Assembly (NCBI RefSeq): GCF_006345805.1
Contig: NC_043006.1
Span: 75,454,001 to 75,518,000, forward strand
Direction: 5' to 3'
Origin: Octopus sinensis
Lineage: Eukaryota
Length of the DNA stretch: 64,000 nucleotides
Part shown: positions 25,505 to 37,988 of the stretch, piece after piece
Position numbering within the stretch: position 1 is the first letter of the stretch
Layout: every line of letters begins with the position of its first letter
Program-made: the position numbers and the translations under genes
The notes under the pieces: model-generated
Told to the model about the DNA's origin: nothing
The model's database searches: none
The model's input: the letters and a program-made list of their open reading frames with translations, nothing else

Positions 25505-25740
25505 ATATAAAATACAGTGTACATTTAAACACATTAAGAGGTTTCCATCATAGGAATCCTTTATGCTAGAAAGAACAGCTAAATTCCAAACCAGGAAATA
25601 GATCGTAAATATATTTATTTTTCATTCCCTTCGAGAATTTATCCCTAATTAGTGGTTTGGAATTTAGCTGTTCTTTCTAGCATAAAGGATTCGTATGATG
25701 GAAACCTCTTAATGTGTTAAATGTACACTGTCTTTTATAT
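25505..25740. mobile_element. MITE-like fold-back, 88-89 bp arms
   Basis: Arms 25505-25593 and 25653-25740 are reverse complements with three differences; 59-bp spacer; TA-rich ends. Confidence 0.85.
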
Positions 25741-26202
25741 TTTATTTATATTTAGGTAGATACCTGTCTTATTATTTCTTTTGGATTATCACTTATATTA
25801 CACAAGAAATTTAATTTTCATTTCTATATATGCATACAGTTGTATAAAAATGTACTAATATATGTATCATGTATTTGTGTGTGTGTGTGTGTGTGTGTGA
25901 GTACAAAGTTACATTAATGTTACCAATAAATGTTACCCTTCTAAAAGTATTGAGCCTTAATGTCATTAAATGTCTTGTTTCTTGATACAAATTCGTGTGT
26001 GTGTGAGTATATTTTTTAAAAATGTTTTTACACATTGTCTCAGTCATAAAGTCTAAATGTTGATACTTCACTGAGCATTTACTTCCTCTGAGCATCTTCT
26101 TCTCAGAAGCCATAATCATTCTCCTTCACTATTTGAATGGCAATTTATCATAGACAGATATACACACCCAGAAGGAGATAGATAGATAGATAGATAGATA
26201 CA

Positions 26203-26435
26203 TGGCGGCAAGCTGGTAGAAACGTTAGTACGCCGGGCGAAATGCTTAGCAGTATTTCATCTGCCGTTACGTTCTGAGTTCAAATTCCGCAGAGGTCGAC
26301 TTTGCCTTTCATCCTTTTAGGGTCGATAAATTAAGTACCAGTTATGCACTGGGGTCGATATAATCGACTTAATCCGTTTGTCTGTCCTTGTTTGTCCTCT
26401 CTGTGTTTAACCCCTTGTGGGCAATAAAGAAATAA
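26203..26435 (+). mobile_element. SINE family B, full length
   Basis: Matches 24522-24750. Confidence 0.85.
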
Positions 26436-27078
26436 GATATATATCAGTGCATCAGCATGGCCGCAGCTCTGAGCTGAAACTAAAAAAGAGAAAATATATA
26501 TATAATATATAATAATTATATATATATAATAATTATATTAGGGAGTATATATATATAATAATTATATTAGGGAGTATATCCAAACTTACAGGGAAAAATT
26601 TAGGATTAAATCAAATTTCACAATATAAATATAAATTAAATTAGAGATAAAACCACTATTAGGCAACTCAAACAGTGATAGACATAAACCAAAACATAAA
26701 AAACAAAAAATAAATATAATTAATATAATATATAATATATATATATAAAATATAAAATTTAAATTAAATTATTAAAATTTTAAATTAAAAATTTTTTTCA
26801 AATTAGCATTTCTCTTAAGCTACACATTATTGTTGCTATTGTAACATATATATTCCACAAAGCAGTGAATAAATATATATTGTTAGCATTATAATCAATA
26901 CATCATTATATTATAAAATAAATTGTAATATATTGTCTCAATTATCAATGTCACATCTTTGTTACACATACAAATTTCAACCCATCAACTTGATCTCTTA
27001 TGTTAAATAATTTTGTTGTGTTTGTGTTCGTCCATTCTCACCTTGTTGTCCTGTTGTCAAATATTAGAACTTATTGTC

Positions 27079-27555
27079 AGGCGGCGAGCTGGCAGCATCG
27101 TTTGCACGTCGGGCGAAATGCTTAGCGGTATTTCGTCTGCCGCTACGTTCTGAGTTCAAATTCCGCTGAGGTCACCTTTGCCTTTCACCCTTTTGGGGTC
27201 GATTAAACAAGTACCTATTTCTTTACTACCCACAAGGGGCTAAATACAGAGGGGACAAACAAGGACAGACAAATGGATTAAGTCGATTACATCGACCCCA
27301 GTGCGTAAATGGTACTTTATTTTTCGACCCCGAAAGGATGAAAGGCAAAGTCGACCTTGGCGGAATTTGAACTCAGAACGTAACGGCACACGAAATATGG
27401 CTACGCATTTCGTCCGACGTGCTAACGATTCTGCCAGCTCGCCGCCATTAAATAAGTACCAGTTATGCACTGGGGTCGATGTAATCGACTTAATCCCTTA
27501 GTCTGTCCTTGTTTGTCCCCTCTATGTTTAGCCCCTTATGGGCAATAAAGAATCA
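27079..27555. mobile_element. SINE B (-) nested in SINE B (+)
   Basis: Inner copy at about 27215-27447 flanked by ttaaa(c/t)aagtac, a TSD-like repeat of about 12 bp. Confidence 0.75.
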
Positions 27556-27675
27556 AATAATAGAATCTATTGTTATTGTCGTCACCATATTCATCATCAT
27601 CATTGTTTTGTCATTGTTGTTGTCATCATCATCAACTATAATAATAATAAATACTTACCCCTACTTTCTCTTCAG

Positions 27676-27743
27676 ACGAACCGGCATATACGGTTAAGGG
27701 AGTTATTGTTGCAACACTCCTCTGAGGCCAGTTTAATTGTTAT
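27676..27743 (+). CDS. SLC12A2: SLC12 NKCC-like exon 5 of 6
   Basis: ctcttcag|ACG... gives TNRHIRLRELLLQHSSEASLIV(M); donor AT|gtaagt; compare NKCC [23 protein letters not shown]. Confidence 0.96.
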
Positions 27744-27778
27744 GTAAGTAACGCAAACGTTTCCTTTCTTCAGCTATT

Positions 27779-28214
27779 GGATCTTTTCGGTTTGAACGGC
27801 AGTTTTTAAAAATAATTTCTAGGTAACTAAAAAATTTTAAACTTCATAAACTGGTAGAATGTGTTTATAAAACACCTTTTTCTCTTGGCTTTATTGAGAA
27901 AATTCTATAGTTTGTAAGATATTTGTTGTTTTTTTCCTTCAATTTCTGCAATTTCAACCAATTACTGACGTCTATTGAGGTAAAAAAAACATTCTGTGCC
28001 ATATGAATATGTCCCTCGTTTAAAAAACAGATTGGGTTTATTTACATTTGTGAAGAAAAAAAGATACCCTTCCCCCCACCCCTAACCCTAACCTTAACTA
28101 ACCCTAACCCTAAAACAGATTGAAATGCAATAGATCGATACTAGGGTCATAATTATGGGTGACAATTTTATATGACGCCGCTAGAAAAAACTGCCGTTCA
28201 AACCGAAAAGATCC
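27779..28214. mobile_element. Non-autonomous DNA transposon, 29-bp perfect TIR, 8-bp TSD, internal (CCCTAA)n
   Basis: TIR GGATCTTTTCGGTTTGAACGGCAGTTTTT at both ends; TSD cagctatt at 27771-27778 and 28215-28222. The 8-bp TSD fits hAT or Merlin; superfamily unresolved. Confidence 0.92.
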
Positions 28215-28298
28215 CAGCTATTTCTTTTTTATTTTGTGTTTTTATTTGTTGACTGGTTTCTTTCATTGAACTACTACTGTGTTGCGTATTTCTTTTAC

Positions 28299-28338
<40 letters not shown>

Positions 28339-28654
28339 TATTTCCCTCAGGGTGTTCTAGAAACTTAATCTATTATCTGCCTCAGCGATGACTGAACCAC
28401 ATAGAGAGCAAAGGGAAGTAACTGAGACAGTTACCACAACTCTGAATGAAACATGAATTTTTTCGTCATCTCACTCTTAAATTAATCACACATACACCCT
28501 CTCAGAGAGATAAAGATTTTGTAGGTGTGTGGTTTGGAAATTTGTTTTTTGGGGGTGTTGGCCCTTTTTTTCTGACTGCCTGCTGACGTCCTCTAAAATA
28601 GTCATTGGTTGACTGATAACAAGTGTGTAAAATTTGGTGGATGGAAACTAGAAG

Positions 28655-28726
<72 letters not shown>

Positions 28727-28932
28727 ATATATATATATATACATATTATATATGTATATATATATATGTATGTATATAATGTATATATATAATACATATA
28801 TAATGTATCTATATATAATGTATATATAATGCATATTAATGCATTGAGGGTCTATCAGCTGAAATGTTGTGTTAATAACAAACAAGATGAGAAAAAATAT
28901 CCGGGGGTGGGGACCAACACAGACACGCATGC

Positions 28933-28963
<31 letters not shown>

Positions 28964-29050
28964 CGACGGGCTTCTTTCAGTTTCCATCAGTTGTCATGCG
29001 ATATTGGGGGGACCAACACAGACACACAAACATATTGACACACACACACC

Positions 29051-29094
<44 letters not shown>

Positions 29095-29386
29095 TACGAT
29101 GGGCTTCTTTCAGTTTCCATTTATCAAATCCACTCACAAGGCTTTGGTTGGCCTGAGGCTATAGTAGAAGACACTCGGCCAAGATGCCACGCAGTGGGAC
29201 TGAATCCGGAACCATGTGGTTGGGAAGCAAGCTACTTACTGCACAGCCACTCCTACGCCTATATACAAATACATTTGGGAGAGCGTAAGGGACAAATTGG
29301 TAAATGGATTTCCATAATGATTATATTTCTTTTCAGAAAATAATAATGGTAATAATTATTGTTATTAGTTTTCTCTGTCTTTTCAG

Positions 29387-29522
29387 GACTTTACCAATGC
29401 CACGGAAAGGCACTTGTTCATCTGGTCTCTACATGGCCTGGATAGATACTCTCACAAGGGACTTGCCACCAATTTTATTGTTGAGAGGAAACCAGAAGAG
29501 TGTTTTAACTTTTTACTCCTAG
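29387..29522 (+). CDS. SLC12A2: SLC12 NKCC-like terminal coding exon
   Basis: cttttcag|G ACT... gives [47 protein letters not shown] at 29520-29522. The six exons total 770 nt, plus 1 upstream nt = 257 codons. Confidence 0.97.
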
Positions 29523-29579
29523 AAGTTTTGCAGTTATTTTTATTTTTTTTCAAATTTTATATTAATATCATTATTATTA

Positions 29580-29617
<38 letters not shown>

Positions 29618-29726
29618 AACATTTTAAAAAAAACAACAAAAAACAAAAAAGAAAATTCAAATCCATTCTGTCCACGTTTCGCTGTCCATATCCACTGCTG
29701 CAGCTCTACGTAGACCAGCTTTTAAA

Positions 29727-30466
29727 TGTGTGTGTGTGTGTGTGTGTGGATATATATATATATATATATGTATATGTATATATATATATGTATATATATA
29801 TATGTATATATATATATGTATATATGTATGTATATATATATGTATGTATATATATATGTATGTATATATATATGTATATGTATATATGTATATGTATGTA
29901 TATGTATATGTATGTATATATATATGTATATGTATGTATATATATATGTATATATATATATGTATATGTATATATGTATATGTACATATATATATATATA
30001 TGTGTGTATATGTATATGTATATATATGTATATGTATGTATATGTGTATATGTATATGTATATATATGTATATATGTATATGTATATATATATATATTCA
30101 TATATGTATATATGTATATATTCATATATATATATGTATATACATATATATATATATGTATGTATATACATATATGTATATATATGTATGTATATACATA
30201 TATGTATATATATGTATATACATGTATGTATGTAATTATATATGTAATGTATATATATATGTATGTATATATGTATATATATATATGTATGTATATACAT
30301 ATATGTATATGTATGTATATACATATATGTATATATATGTATATATGTATATGTATATAATATGTATATATATGTATATATGTATATGTATATATATATG
30401 TGTATATATGTATATGTATTATATATATGTATATATATGTTATATATATATATATGTATATATATG

Positions 30467-30503
<37 letters not shown>

Positions 30504-30662
30504 GTATATATATGTATATATATATATATGTATATATATGTATATATATATGTATATTATATATATGTATATATATGTATATATATGTATATGTATATAT
30601 GTATAAATATATATATATATATGTATATATATGTATATATCTGTATATGTATATATGTATAA

Positions 30663-30714
<52 letters not shown>

Positions 30715-30893
30715 GTATAATATATATATATATATATATACACATATATATGTATATATATGTGTGTATATATATGTGTATATATATATGTATATGTATA
30801 TATATATGTATATATATATATGTATATGTATATATGTGTATATATATGTGTGTATATATGTATATATATATGTATATATGTATATATATATAT

Positions 30894-30938
<45 letters not shown>

Positions 30939-30960
30939 ATATATTATATAATATATGCGT
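29727..30960. repeat. About 1.2 kb compound (TG)n/(TA)n/(TATG)n microsatellite
   Basis: Directly visible; source of the long YI/VCM ORFs. Confidence 0.97.
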
Positions 30961-32434
30961 GTGTGTGTCTGTGCATGTTTGCATTATGTATGTATGTATA
31001 CACACACACATGCACACACCTCACTTTTCTCTCCCTTCCCCCATTCCCCCTAACCTTCTGCCATGTGAATTCTCACCACCACTTGCTGTGTTGGTTATCT
31101 GTTGGACCCACATTTATGCTAGCACCAACTCGGTTGTATAAATATTTTAAATGTGTGTGTGTGTGTGTTTGTGTGTATACATATATATGTGTGTGTGAGT
31201 GTATATGCATATTTATCAATATGTGTGTGTGTGTGTATATACATATTTATACATGTGTGTATATATATATATATATATATAATATATATATATGTATATA
31301 CATACATGCTCTCACTCTCTCACACATGCACATATACATATGCATATACAGTTAATATATATGTATATATGTATACATTCACATGCAACTTAAATTCTTG
31401 TTAAAACAATTGATTAAAAACAAAAGCCAAAAAAAAGAAAAATTTTTTAAAAATGGAAAAAAAAAAACTTATCCACTCGGATAACAGATTGTTATTATTA
31501 TTATTATTACTATTAATATTATTACTATTATTGCTATCATTATTATTATTATTATCATTATTATTATTATTATGATCATCATCAAGTACAGGAAATGTTA
31601 CTTTAATAATGATAATAAAAAAAAAAATATATATATATATATATACGGAACAAAGCAAAACAAAACAAAATAACCAAAAAAGAAAAAAAAATAACAGGAC
31701 ATTATTAAAGAGACAATTCTTGCATTCAGGGTTACACTTCCATAATTTGCATACCCTTTACGTACCCTTATAGCTTTTCTCCCTCTCACATATCTGACTG
31801 GGTCCAAATTCAACAATGTACCTGGTTACACACACATACACACACACACAAACACATATGTATATATATATTTGCTGCAGTCCCTCTGCCCACCTTTTCA
31901 CTATATTTACTTACACATCTGTTGTCAGTATACCATTTTTTTTTTTCCATTTAAATTTATTATTTTGTCTTTATATGTTTTATTTATTTGTTTTTGTTTG
32001 TTTTTTTTGGATTCTTTGGATTTTTTTTTTCCTTCCTCTGCTTAGAGATATTTTCTATAGACATTCCTCTCATTACTTTCTGTTTGTTATTTTGTTCTTA
32101 TCCTTTTTCACTTATTGATATTTCAATGCCAATTAAGGTGGCAGGCTGGCAGGATCGTTAGCGTGCCGGGCAAAATGCTCTACAGCTTTTGTCCATCTTT
32201 ATGTTCTGATTTCAAATTCCACTGAGGTCGACTTTGCCTTTCATCCTCTCGGGGGTCAATAAAATAAGTACCAGGCATATATTGGGGTTGATGTAATCGA
32301 CTTAACTTTCACCCTGAACTTACTAGCCATGTGTCAAAATTTGAAACCAGCAGAACCATTAGAATATTGCACACGATATCTTATGGTATCAATTCAGAGT
32401 TCAAATCCCACCTGTTCCAATTTTGCCTTCCATC

Positions 32435-32471
<37 letters not shown>

Positions 32472-33924
32472 TATTATTATTTGGGCAATGATCTAACAGA
32501 ATGTCTTGCAATAATAAGTTATAACAGCTTCCATTGTGAGTTCAAGCTATGGCCCGGTCAACTTCGTTTTTCAATCTCCTGGGGTTGATAAAATAAAGTA
32601 CCAATTACATGCTGGGATCAGTTCAATTGACCAACTTTTTGACAGTTTCTTTCAAAAATTCCTGGCTTTGTACTTAGATTAATTACAATTATTATTAGAG
32701 CAATGCATCTGCAGAACTCAGCAGAGTATGGGACCGAATGCATTGTGGTTTTTAGCTATAAGCTCCTTATATTCAGAGTTGAAGTCCTCCAGCCAAGGTG
32801 AACGTTGCCTTTTGTCCTGGGATTATTAAAATAAAATACTAGTCAAAACACTGCGATTGGTTTCAACTGATCCCTCCCCTTATGCCCCAAATCCCCTAAA
32901 CATTTTGAGGCCTTGTGCCTGTAATGAGACCAACATTTTGGAATACATTTTTCAAACTTACTGTCTTTATAGAGGTTAAAAACCTCACCAGGTGATTAAG
33001 AAATTGACCAGGCAGTTCATGGTTTCTGAATTTTTATTTCAATAATGACTTTTCAATATGTTTCTAAGTGAGACACTTAAACTTATTTCTGCCTTACTTT
33101 TTATGTAGCTGGAGGAATATTGACAAAATTGTTTGTTTTTGGAAAAGGTCACCAGCAACAAATTAGAGCAGAGATTTATCTCTATAACATAGAGATATAT
33201 TTCTATAAAGCAGAGATTTATCTCTCTCATCTGCAAAGCATGAGAAAGACTGGCAATAGAACAGCATCAGCTGTTTGAACCAATGGGATCCAGGAATGGA
33301 TTAAATTAACATAACTCTCCCTTTTCTGTCTAAGAGCTCTCTGTCCCATCGCTGTGAATGAACTGAGGCGACATAGGATGGAAAGGACACTTGAGTCTTG
33401 CAAGGGGATAAGGCTGCCTCTCTAGTGCTCATACCATGAAAATGCACCCAGTACAGTCTGTAACTAATACACTTGGATGGAGCGGGTAGACATGATTCTT
33501 TGCTTTTGCTGAGAAGAAGACACCCCCTCTAATGCTGGTGTTATGGATGAAGTACTCCTAATGGAGTCTGTAGTGGGTGGGGTTAGGAAAGGCATCCAGC
33601 CTTAGAAACTGTGCCAAATAAAAGGAACTTTATAAGCGAGATATGGTCCCTGACCTGACTAGAGGAACAGTGATTCTGAACAAGACTAATTTGGACTGTG
33701 ACAGGCAGTCCAACCATGCCAGTATGGAAAATGGATGAAAAATGATGATACTGATAATGATGACTCTCTGTTAATATCAGAGCAGAATAATCTGTTGAGT
33801 CTTGATTTGTTGCAGGAAAAAATTTCCAATCTCCAAGAATTGAACACTTTCTTCCATATCTTTAAACATGTGCCCTTATAATATCTCCTTTGATAATTTT
33901 TATTTCATATTTATTTATACATTC

Positions 33925-33964
<40 letters not shown>

Positions 33965-36195
33965 TTTTTAATGAAGCACCTTTCCATCCCTTGCAGCTTA
34001 CATACTTTAATATATTTATGAAACTAGTGGCCTTTTTCAAACTATGGAACTGTAATTCTTTTGAAGCCAACCAAATTATCTGTGATATTGACATCGACAA
34101 TGCCTCACACTGATGCCTATCTCTGTCTCTAGCTTACTTTGACACCGACCATAACTTTACAACACTTCCCTCCTTCCCTCCACACACCTGGTATTATGTA
34201 AACACAGCAGGCTTTTATTCCCCCACTTCCCTCATTGGATGCAATAATATTCATCTATTCATAAGAATAACATGAAAATAATAAAAACTAGAAAAAAAAA
34301 TATATATACACACAAAAATTACTTTACATGGGTGGAAGAAATGTGGACTTGAAAAAATAGTAAAAAATAAAATATGTCAAGTTAATTTTACTTACTTGCT
34401 CAATTGGAAACTTTTTTTTTTTTTTTTCATTAAACTAACAGCAGCACTAACAGCAAGAAGCTTATAGCTCACCTGGTTAAAGCTGTTTACCAATTAATCT
34501 ATCTCCATTTTCATAATATTGATTTCTTGGCTTTGACAACCACAAATTCTATAACATCTTTGTAGTATCTATAACACTCTTTAAAGTGTTTCATTTGAGA
34601 ATTTCTTACTTGTTTCCTCTCTTGAGGATTTGAAGTGAATTTGTTACTTGACAAATTAATACAATTAATTAGGTGAGTTTTTTTTCTTTCTTTTTTTATC
34701 ACAACTTGGGGATGGGATACACCTGTACAGAAATATTTGAAATATTTGTTTACTTCTTAAGGTTCCAATTTTTGTATGTGTCTTTGTTACTATAATGTAA
34801 CATTCACAAATTTACATTTTTTCTTTTTGTGTTCTTTGCGGCTGCGAATTGAATCAATTTAAACCTTGTGTTAGTTAGTATTTAGTAAATCAATGGTTGT
34901 GAGTTCAATCTTAGAAAGGATTCTAAGAATCTGGCCATTAAATGACCTTATTATCACTTGCCTTGTTCTTTTATCATACATACATACAAACATTAAACAT
35001 TATATATATATACACACACTTGTATACATACACAGAGAGACAGACTTCGTCACACGTTTGCCCAGTTTTGGTCTCTGAATGATAAGGGGGAGCAACTCAT
35101 TGCTGAACTATTCCATTTATTTATAACTGATTTTTTTAAAAAAAAGGTACAAAAATATGCACAAATCAAGACCACTAACTACAATAGTAGCAATAACAAT
35201 TATAATAATAACAACAACAACAAAAACAATTATAATAGACAATAAATACATAATCAATTTGTTTAAATTACGTTTCAGACAAGGATATAAAGTGTTTTTT
35301 TTTTCTTTCTGGTATTGTATGTTATTTTGTTGGATTGAAAAGTTTAATCGAGTATTTTCAGAAAAGAAAAAAAAAGGGGGAGGGGAATATGGCAACTGAT
35401 GATGATAAAAATAATGATGATGATAATGATTATGATAATAATAATAATAATAGTAATAGCTATATTGGAAGTAATGTTAAAAAAAAAAAAACCTAACATG
35501 TTTTAGAGACTTTTGAACGGATTTTTAAATAAGGAAATTGTAGTTTTTTTGAAAGAAGAGAAATTAAAATCACACGAGCAGAATTGGCGCAGAAAGGGAC
35601 TGGAAGCTATTGTTCTTGTGGTGATGATGTTTATAAAGTAGAGTTATTATAAATTTTAGACTAGAATTTCTTGACTTCTCAGAATTAGATTTTTTATATA
35701 TATATATAGATATCTTCAAATTTGGCAACCCAAAATAGATGATATTGAAAAATTGGGGGGAAAAAAAAAAAAAAGAACCCCCAAATAAACTGCATTATAA
35801 ATCTTTGGGGTTGCCAAGGACTTTATGGAAACTTGTCATCAAAAACTGATGGATTGATTAATGATTGATGATGATTGATATTTTTTTAATCTGCAGAAAG
35901 TGGCTCTTGGTAAGGAAAAGAAAAAGCAACAAAAAAAAAATTTTGTCTGAAGAAATTTTATTGAATTTTTTCTTTCCTTTTATTTTGAAAAATTATTTAT
36001 TTTTAATTATTATTTAAATGTTATCAGTGTATTTTTTATTGTCATTTGATTGAAATAATCATTGACATTTCTCACTTCCTACTTTTGAAAATTCTGGCAA
36101 AAAACAAAAGAATTAGATGTTATTTGCCAAGTAAACCAGCACAATCAAAAATAAAAAAAAATTCAGCCTTCAGTGACACAAAAATCGCAATAATA

Positions 36196-36230
<35 letters not shown>

Positions 36231-36764
36231 TTTAATAGTGGTGATGATGATGGTTTGTTTCTTTGGCAAAATTGTCCAAACATTTGTAGGGATGGGAAGC
36301 CAGGGTTTGGTTTAGTGGCAAGTACTGTTTTAAGAAAGGGCTAGCCAAAATTTTGCAGCGTGGCTTATGAGAATATGTGCCTTAAAAGGCGTGTGATATG
36401 GTGATTTGGAGGGATTAAGGACAAAGTCGACAGCCAGAAGAATATAATTTGAAGTCAAAATTTTGGGGTTTTGTGAATATCAAAGAACTTGAACTAAGAA
36501 TGGCATGTGTGTGTGTGTGGGGGGTTGTATATGACTGCTGTGTTAGAAATAACAAGTGACTGCTCCTTAAATTATATTCTGTTATCTTTAAATAAAAAGG
36601 ATGTAGTGGATAATATTGTTGTAGGTCTATGAAAAGATAGGGTGGTCGCAGTTGGAACATCTTTGATCATAGTTCTGTTCAATCTGGGCTGACCTGTGGG
36701 TCTATATACATTATAGACATACACTCACACATATCTATATATAGTGTGTTTGTGAATATGTATA

Positions 36765-37045
36765 TATATATATATGTATATAGTGTTTATATATATATAT
36801 ATATGTATATAGTGTTTATATATATATATATATATGTATATAGTGTTTATATATATATATATATGTATATAGTGTTTATATATATATATATGTATATAGT
36901 GTTTATATATATATATATATGTATATAGTGTTTATATATATATATGTATATAGTGTTTATATATATATATATGTATATAGTGTTTATATATATATATATG
37001 TATATAGTGTTTATATATATATATATATATGTATATAGTGTTTAT
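36765..37045. repeat. Minisatellite, about 10 copies of ATGTATATAGTGTTT(AT)n
   Basis: gtgttt recurs about every 26-32 bp with variable (AT)n. Confidence 0.9.
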
Positions 37046-37643
37046 ATATGTATAGTGTGTGCGTACACACACACCACATATACACACACACAAACCTTGC
37101 AATAACATGTAAGCGATTTGAGTCATTCCCTGTAGTATTTTATTTTCAAACTTCAACTCACTTTCTTGTTGCGTGAGCATGCGTTTGTTAGAAGATACTG
37201 AATTCTCTCAATATCGAACATGGTTATAAAGATTACTTTTGAGAGCATAAGTCAAGGCTGTTTTAGTTACTAATTCGTCTCTCAATGAATCTGTAAGAAA
37301 ACTCACCTGCCATTTGCGAGGTCGTTGAGACGGTGGAGTAAGTTGATAGGCTGTTAGTCTACCAGCTGAAGGGATCTGTGACACTTGAAGCATGTCTGTG
37401 GCCAATAAACTTAAGTTTTAAATTTTACATAGTTAATTTAACCTGATCAAAATCTAGGAATGATTCCTGGTTTTACAGAGACAGAGCATTCTAAAGTGAA
37501 CAATTATTATAAAGGGTTCCAGTCATGTGTTATTTCTAGAAATATCCAGCCAGTAAAGTTCAGATTTTTGCCTGTATGTAGTTGTTTGATTTACTAAAAC
37601 CAACAACCAGATCGGCTTTAAATCAGGCCTTACTATCTTAAAT

Positions 37644-37988
37644 GTGAAGGCGCATGGCTCAGTGGTTAGTGTCGAGCTCACCATGAAGTAGTGTGTTCAA
37701 TTCTTGGATGGAGCTGTGTGTTGGGTTCTTGAGCAAGACACTTTATTTCACGTTGCTCCAGTTCGCTCAGCTGTAGAAATGAGTTGCGACGTCACTGGTG
37801 CCAAGCTGTGCCGGCCATTGTCTTTGCTTTGGATAACATCAGTGGCGTGAAGAAGGGAAGCTGGTATGCATGGGCGACTGTTGGTCTTCCATAAGCAACC
37901 TTGCTCAGATTTTTACCTCGAAGGGAAATTTTCTAGGTGCAATCCCATGGTCGTTCATGACCGAAGGGGGTCTTTACTCTTTATCCTC
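37644..37988 (+). mobile_element. SINE family C with 9-bp TSD
   Basis: gtgaaggcgcatggctcagtgg head; atcttaaat at 37635-37643 and 37989-37997. Confidence 0.85.

Noticed and set aside
28080-28112. Telomere or chromosome-fusion scar
   Set aside because: Short and enclosed within a MITE with TIRs and a TSD
29706-31404. Long ORFs of 200-345 aa rich in Y/I/H/T or V/C/M (also near 4000, 55800-56600, 61900-62400)
   Set aside because: Translations of (TA)n/(TG)n microsatellites, which lack stops in several frames
31614-31619. AATAAA as the SLC12 poly(A) signal
   Set aside because: Lies in an A-rich low-complexity tract and cannot be assigned without transcript data
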